Source: Podarcis muralis (lineage: Eukaryota). Taken from it: DNA of 64,000 nucleotides. The notes under the pieces are model-generated. The model saw nothing but the letters and a program-made list of their open reading frames with translations, did not search any database and was not told where the DNA came from. The DNA is taken from positions 25,110,001 through 25,174,000 of the forward strand of contig NC_135667.1 of assembly GCF_964188315.1 (NCBI RefSeq). The letters run 5' to 3'. The position numbers and the translations under genes are program-made. Shown one piece after another: positions 58,700-64,000 of this stretch; position 1 is the first letter of the stretch; each line of letters starts with the position of its first letter.

Positions 58700-59674
58700 T
58701 TAACAACAACCAAAGCCAGTGGACTTCCTTTCTCTACTTGGCAAGCTATGTAAACATTTCCTATTGACTAGTTTCTGCAAGGCATCCTTGAAATCTTTGT
58801 TCCTCAGACTGTAGATGACAGGGTTGAGAAGTGGTGTTAGCACAGTGTAGAAGATGGAGACCACCTTATTCAGCTCTGATGAAAGACTAGCACTGGGTCG
58901 AACATACATGGAGATCATGGTGCCATAATATATCACCACCACAGCCAAGTGTGAGCCACAGGTGGAGAAAGTCTTTTTTCTTCCAGAAACAGAAGGGATT
59001 TTCAGGATAGTCTTGATGATAAATGCATAGGACACCAAGGTAAGCAAGAAACATGTGAAAAGTACCAATATAGACAGCACAAAAATGCTCATTTCGGTGG
59101 TGGAAGTGTCAGAACAGGAGAGCTTCAGCAGAGGTGGGATGTCACAGAAGAAATGATTGATTTGGTTAGATCTACAGAAATGCAGCCTAGAAATCAGCAA
59201 TGAAGGTAGCAACCCTGTGAAGAGACCAATCACCCAAGACCCTATTGCCAAGCGGGTGCAGAACTGTGTGTTCATGGCTTCTGCATAATGCAATGGGTCA
59301 CAGATTGCAAGGTACCGATCATATGCCATCACAGATAATAGGAAGCACTCCGTTGCACCAAAGAAGACAAAAAAGTAGAGCTGTGCCATGCATCCAATGA
59401 AGGATATGCTCTTGTTCTCCATGAGGAGGCTACTGAGCATCTTGGGCACAATGGTAGTGGTGTACCAGATCTCTAGGAAGGAGAGGTTTTGGAGGAAAGA
59501 GTACATAGGGGAATGAAGATACGACTCCAGCTTGACGACTGAAATAATAACCACATTGCCTGTGATGGTTAGGAGGTAGATAAGTAAGAACATGGTGAAG
59601 AGTAGGGTCTGCCACCCTGGAAGACTCTGGAACCCCAGAAGCCGAAATTCAGACACAGAGCTGCCATTCTTCAT
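58700..59674 (-). CDS. OR11L1: Olfactory receptor, OR11L1-like (324 aa)
   Basis: Intact ORF. Shares diagnostic strings with mammalian OR11L1 as recalled: LLGFQ.L..WQ.LLF, AQLYFFVF.GATECFLL, NQINHFFCD.PPL, KTFSTCGSHLAVV, GTMISMYV, LRNKDFK. Orthology not computed. Confidence 0.8.
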   Translation of the reverse strand: MKNGSSVSEFRLLGFQSLPGWQTLLFTMFLLIYLLTITGNVVIISVVKLESYLHSPMYSFLQNLSFLEIWYTTTIVPKMLSSLLMENKSISFIGCMAQLYFFVFFGATECFLLSVMAYDRYLAICDPLHYAEAMNTQFCTRLAIGSWVIGLFTGLLPSLLISRLHFCRSNQINHFFCDIPPLLKLSCSDTSTTEMSIFVLSILVLFTCFLLTLVSYAFIIKTILKIPSVSGRKKTFSTCGSHLAVVVIYYGTMISMYVRPSASLSSELNKVVSIFYTVLTPLLNPVIYSLRNKDFKDALQKLVNRKCLHSLPSRERKSTGFGCC

Positions 59675-61284
59675 TTGCTTCGCTGACCTTGAGCTCCCCT
59701 GCAGGTATGCCTCAGTCACAAAATGCACCATGAATAAGAATTTAGGTTACTCAATCACCTTCCTAGAAAGACCACAGAATAACATGAGTGATAGCAGTAA
59801 TAGCAGCAGCAGTGGTAAATAAAGATATTATGTTGCACCCTAGGTCAGTACAAGTATACTAAGAACACAGATTTAAACAAGTAGACCAGCTCTCTCATCA
59901 ATGATTCTGTTTCCAACAGTAGTCAATCAGATTCCTCTAAAAAATTTTCGAGTCATGGCATGTCCCCAACACCTGCTGCTCAGGATGCTCCATTCAGCCA
60001 GGGGTGGGGGACTTGTGACCCTCCATATATCATTGGAATACAACTCTCATGACCCCTGTCCACTGGCCATACTATTCATGACTGTTGAGAGGTGGAGTCC
60101 AATCCAGGTGGACAGCCTCCTCACCTCCTCATTTAGTTATCATGGATAATATCAATCTAAAAAACTTATTTCCTTGAATTCGACTAATTCTTTTCTGAAG
60201 CTACCTAAGGTAATGATCATTAACACAGCTTGTAGTAGTTAATATCATGTTATTTGTTTCAAGTGAAATAGTCCTTTCTTTTGTCTCCACTTAATATGAA
60301 AAAAGGAACATAACATTGTTTAATGCTATTTAAGAAAGACTCAGGAAGGGGAGAGTTATCCCATACAAATCAATTATTATGGTTCTCCGAGGTTATGGTT
60401 ATGAAGCTAGCAAACAGTGATTGGCCATAGTGATGTTAACATTCAAGGAGTGCATAATCAATCTACATGTACACAATAGTTCAGCTGTTCAAATCAACAA
60501 ATGCACCTTTCTTCAGAGTAATGTGTCAACAGGTGTCATATCACCTTCTTATGGGAAGTCATCTGTATAAAATCTGTGACAACTGTGTGACATGAGCAAC
60601 AGGTACAATCAAAAGCCATATTTTGCATGAATTTGTAAAATCACATTTCCCCCTATATATTTGCTGTTTTCACAGATATAATGTCTTCCTACCATAATGT
60701 CTGAATAATGATAATGATAATGAAAATATTTAATCATGGGTTTTCCCAAGGCAGTGTACCTAATGGTATACTTTTTATGCATTGCACACTAAACCAAAGC
60801 ATGCATTAACTCACAGCAGCATGGCAGCAGAAGGACTCTTAAAGAAGCATTGAAATTGAGACACACACACACACCCCAGTAACCCATATATTTGTCCATT
60901 TGTTCTAACAGGCAATGCAGTACATTTAATCAGTCCCACCCAACATGGCCAATGTTCAGGGATGATGGGAACTGTAAGGCAATATATGGAGAGCACTATA
61001 TTGACTATCCTTGTGTTAAGCCATTGTTTGACTCAGCTTTGAACTGGACTATTGTGTAATTCAGGCAATCACAAGACAAAGAGTTCTTGAACTTGAGCAA
61101 GATCATTGCTTCGAGTGCCCTCAGATAATTTCCTGTGACCCAAATAAGCCCCATTACATTACATTACTGGAGAAAAACGGTAGAGGCCTCCCTCTCTAAT
61201 CCGCTCTCAATCCAAAATAAGGTCACACCAAAAAAGGTGTGTGAAGAGTTCAAGAATTCAGCTCAGGCATGTCTAAAGTTTGTC

Positions 61285-61396
61285 AGTAGACTTTGAGACT
61301 CTTCGTCTCAAGGTTGTGGGTTCAAGCCCATTCCTGCATTGCAGGAGGTTGGACTAGATGACCCCTGTGGTGCCTTCCAACTCTATGATGCTATGA
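61285..61396 (+). mobile_element. tRNA(Lys)-derived SINE with CR1-like tail (Squam2-like), partial
   Basis: gagactct..tctcaaggttgtgggttcaagccc (box B), then cctgcattgcaggaggttggactagatgacc...ccttccaactctatgatgctatga. Confidence 0.7.
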
Positions 61397-62639
61397 ATCC
61401 ATTATATGAATCTATGAATATTATAGGATCCTTACTGAAATGATCAGAATGACATATGTCTCATATGTCAACTCAGTAGGGTGGAACACTGCATCTTTTC
61501 AGGCTTGGTTGTACAGAAGAAAGGGGAGCAGGGAAAAGTTGTTTATGTACTGCTTTATCCATTGTTTATAGGCAAGCATATACAATACAAATATCCAATA
61601 CAAATAGTCAAGAATTTACATAAGTAACCAAATAACTATATTAATATTTCAGTCCAAAACCACTAACAAAATCAGGTCCCTAATGACGAAAACATCCATT
61701 ATTAAAAACAAAAATGGGTCTTCTGAAGGCTGATGCACATCTAATGAAGCATAAAATTTATTTTAATTTAACTAGAGGCTTCAATTTATGGTTGGAGTTC
61801 TTAGAGGGACCTTGTGTAATGCCATATAGTTGCCAAGTTGCCTTCATTACCACTATTATACTAAAAGTATACCTATCTGAAGTAGAAGCATAGGTCCAAA
61901 TATTCATTGTCAAGTTCAGATAACTCACCAAATTAAATACCTCAGTTGTCTTGCAAAATAAGCAGGGGAAACAGGCTGGTGATCAAAATGGTTTCATCTC
62001 ATTTCAAAGAGTGAGCAGAATTTGCACCTCATTTGGAATTGCAGCTCTTAGTTAAGTTGCCAAAGCTACAGAGAAAAATGGTGGAGTTATTTGGCCTTAC
62101 TGCTCTCCAGCATCATGTGTTTCTGGAAACAGTGGCACAGTGACTTTAAAGCTCTGGAGAACACCTTGGGGATCTTTTCTACACAGCATCAGAAGAATTC
62201 TCCAGGTGCCCACAGTGAAAATAAGACCCCATCTGTTGTGCATTAATGAAGAAGTCCTGCCCAAAGCATCTAACAAGGGAAAACCACAAAGCAAAATATC
62301 AACCCAATTGCTATTTGTATATTATGAACAGAGATTAGCCAAGAACAGAGATGGGAATTTCAGGCCCAAGGATCACTTGTCTAGGCCTGCCAGGTTCTCA
62401 GTATTCTGTCCAGGCTAAACCCTCTACCAAGCCACACCTCTCACCAACCTTAATTTTAATCCTTTTTAGCATTTGTATCCTGCTGGGATGTGTCCTTGAA
62501 TGTGTCCTTAAAATTATGAACAGTCGGTTCGTTTTTGTTTTACTTCAGATAAATATTTTTAATAAATAAATAATCTATGGTAGCTGTTCAGAAGCATGTT
62601 AGATGTAGAGTGATTTCTTTATTCCTGGAGTATAAGAGA

Positions 62640-63667
62640 AATCGGGTCCTCCCTTAAAGAGGGCATGTATTGCGGTGAGACCTGGAGAACCGACACCCTG
62701 TGTTGTGGGTGGGTACGATTGGTCAGCCACAACACCCGATTGGTAGGTCTCTCGAAGCTGGGTGCAATCTGGCCAATGGGACACAAAGGGACCTATTTAT
62801 GCCCATGGGAGCCAGTGTGGTATAGTGGTTAAGAGCGGTAGTCTCGTAATCTGGGGAACCGGGTTCGCTTCTCTGCTCCTCCTCATGCAGGTGCTGGGTG
62901 ACCTTGGGCTAGTCACACTTCTTTGAAGTCTCTCAGCCCCACTCACCTCACAGAGTGTTTGTTGTGGGGGAGGAAGGGAAAGGAGAATGTTAGCTGCTTT
63001 GAGACTCCTTCGGGTAGTGATAAAGCGGGATATCAAATCCAAACTCTTCTTCTCCTTCTCCCATGCAAGTGACCCAGAGTTTCCTCTTTCGGCACGTGCA
63101 TTCAGAACACCTGCCCACCTCTCCCTATATTTTGGGCTTGCATGCTTGACCTTGCTATGCCCTCGTGTGTTGTCTGTCATTAGGACAGGGGCACGGCAGG
63201 AATTTTCCCCACTTGGCTGATTAGCTGTTGCCATTTGGGTTTCGCCTGCCGCATAGCAAATCGTTACAACTTGTAAGGTTGCGGATAGGCTCTGGTTCAG
63301 GTGATAGGGATGGGAGAATGCTCTTGCCATCCCTATGTGAAGATCATTAAAGGAATCCAGGGACTCAATAGTTTGGTCAACCCCTGAGAGGGGGTTGTGC
63401 CCGTGCCTGAGTCCAGGGGGGCATTTGGGTGGTGGAGTTAGCCCGTTCCTGGCTTTCCGCGTATCCAGGTGTTCACCCTTGGCTGACCTATGCTGGAACC
63501 CTGGGTCAGCGCTACCTGCATGGCAGGGAGCTAGTCGAACCAGAGCCTATGCAACCAGTCACTTTCTGTAATCAATAAAGATGTGGCCAAAATTCTGCCA
63601 AAAACCAAAACCAAATTTGAGTCAAGTGTGAATTTATTTAAGGGGGCAGTTTCTGGGTCTGAACACA
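62640..63667 (+). mobile_element. 5'-truncated solo-LTR-like element with nested SINE
   Basis: TATA-like cctatttatgccc, tgtaatcaataaagatgtggcc, ends ...tgaacaca. Shares motifs with the 20679 and 13868 elements. Confidence 0.65.
62807..63059 (+). mobile_element. Young tRNA-derived SINE (Squam3/POM-like) with (CTT)n tail
   Basis: gggagccagtgtggtatagtggttaagagc (box A)...gggttcg (box B)...aaactcttcttctccttct; TSD cccat on both sides; many intact CpGs. Confidence 0.85.
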
Positions 63668-64000
63668 TAAATAAATAATCTGTGGTAGCTGTTCAGAAGC
63701 ATGTTAGAGTGCTTTCTTTATTCCTGGAGTATATAAGAGATATGTCATGAAATCATTCAACACACAAACACAAAGCATTATCAATTTATAAAGAGACTTG
63801 TGAAATAGCATAACCTGAATAGACAGAAGAGGGCAGCAAACAATAAATAAATAAGTTGTTTCATGTGACTCATTATATTTGGTCTGGTGGGGTTAGTTTC
63901 CTGGCTTTCTCTCTTTCATACTCTCCTATGATTTCCCCTCCAACACACACAAACGCCTCTGCAGTGGCGGGGGGGGGGGGGGCAGCTGACTTGCCTACAA

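Larger units (their letters stand above)
62563..63740 (+). repeat. ~75-bp direct repeats (62563-62639, 63668-63740) flanking an LTR-like insert
   Basis: taaataaataatct.tggtagctgttcagaagcatgttaga..gtg.tttctttattcctggagtata..agaga occurs twice. Confidence 0.9.

Noticed and set aside
58700-58720. C-terminal CC of the OR11L1-like receptor as a prenylation signal
   Set aside because: The CC motif needs a Rab/REP context; no supporting evidence. Palmitoylation is possible but cannot be tested from sequence.
62797-63330. 177-aa minus-strand ORF
   Set aside because: Antisense reading through the SINE and LTR-like repeat.
1-64000. CRISPR arrays, rRNA or prokaryotic-type systems
   Set aside because: Eukaryotic intron-containing DNA; no regularly spaced repeat-spacer arrays or rRNA-like sequence seen.

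Overview
Vertebrate genomic DNA, most likely a squamate and probably a lacertid lizard. This is inferred from BovB 3' ends, Squam2/Squam3-like SINEs and squamate-type CR1/L2 tails. The window is a chemosensory cluster: 8 intact single-exon olfactory receptors (OR2/13-like pair, three OR6-like, an OR11/6-like pair, one OR11L1-like), one OR remnant and one intact 6-exon V2R gene (869 aa). It also holds an intronless (processed) MHC class I pseudogene and two apparently intact full-length non-LTR retrotransposons: a single-ORF Rex1/Babar element and a 6.36-kb two-ORF RTE-X-like element with a perfect 13-bp TSD. The first ~16 kb is a tandem duplication of a two-OR cassette. The most striking signal is in the RTE-X-like LINE. 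ORF1 and ORF2 are in one frame, separated by a single UGA in the leaky UGA-CUA context. ORF2 has no AUG until after its endonuclease domain, and a possible H-type pseudoknot follows the stop, which suggests a retrovirus/alphavirus-like readthrough ORF1-ORF2 fusion. All alignments and counts were made by eye; family names come from motif recognition, not database searches.
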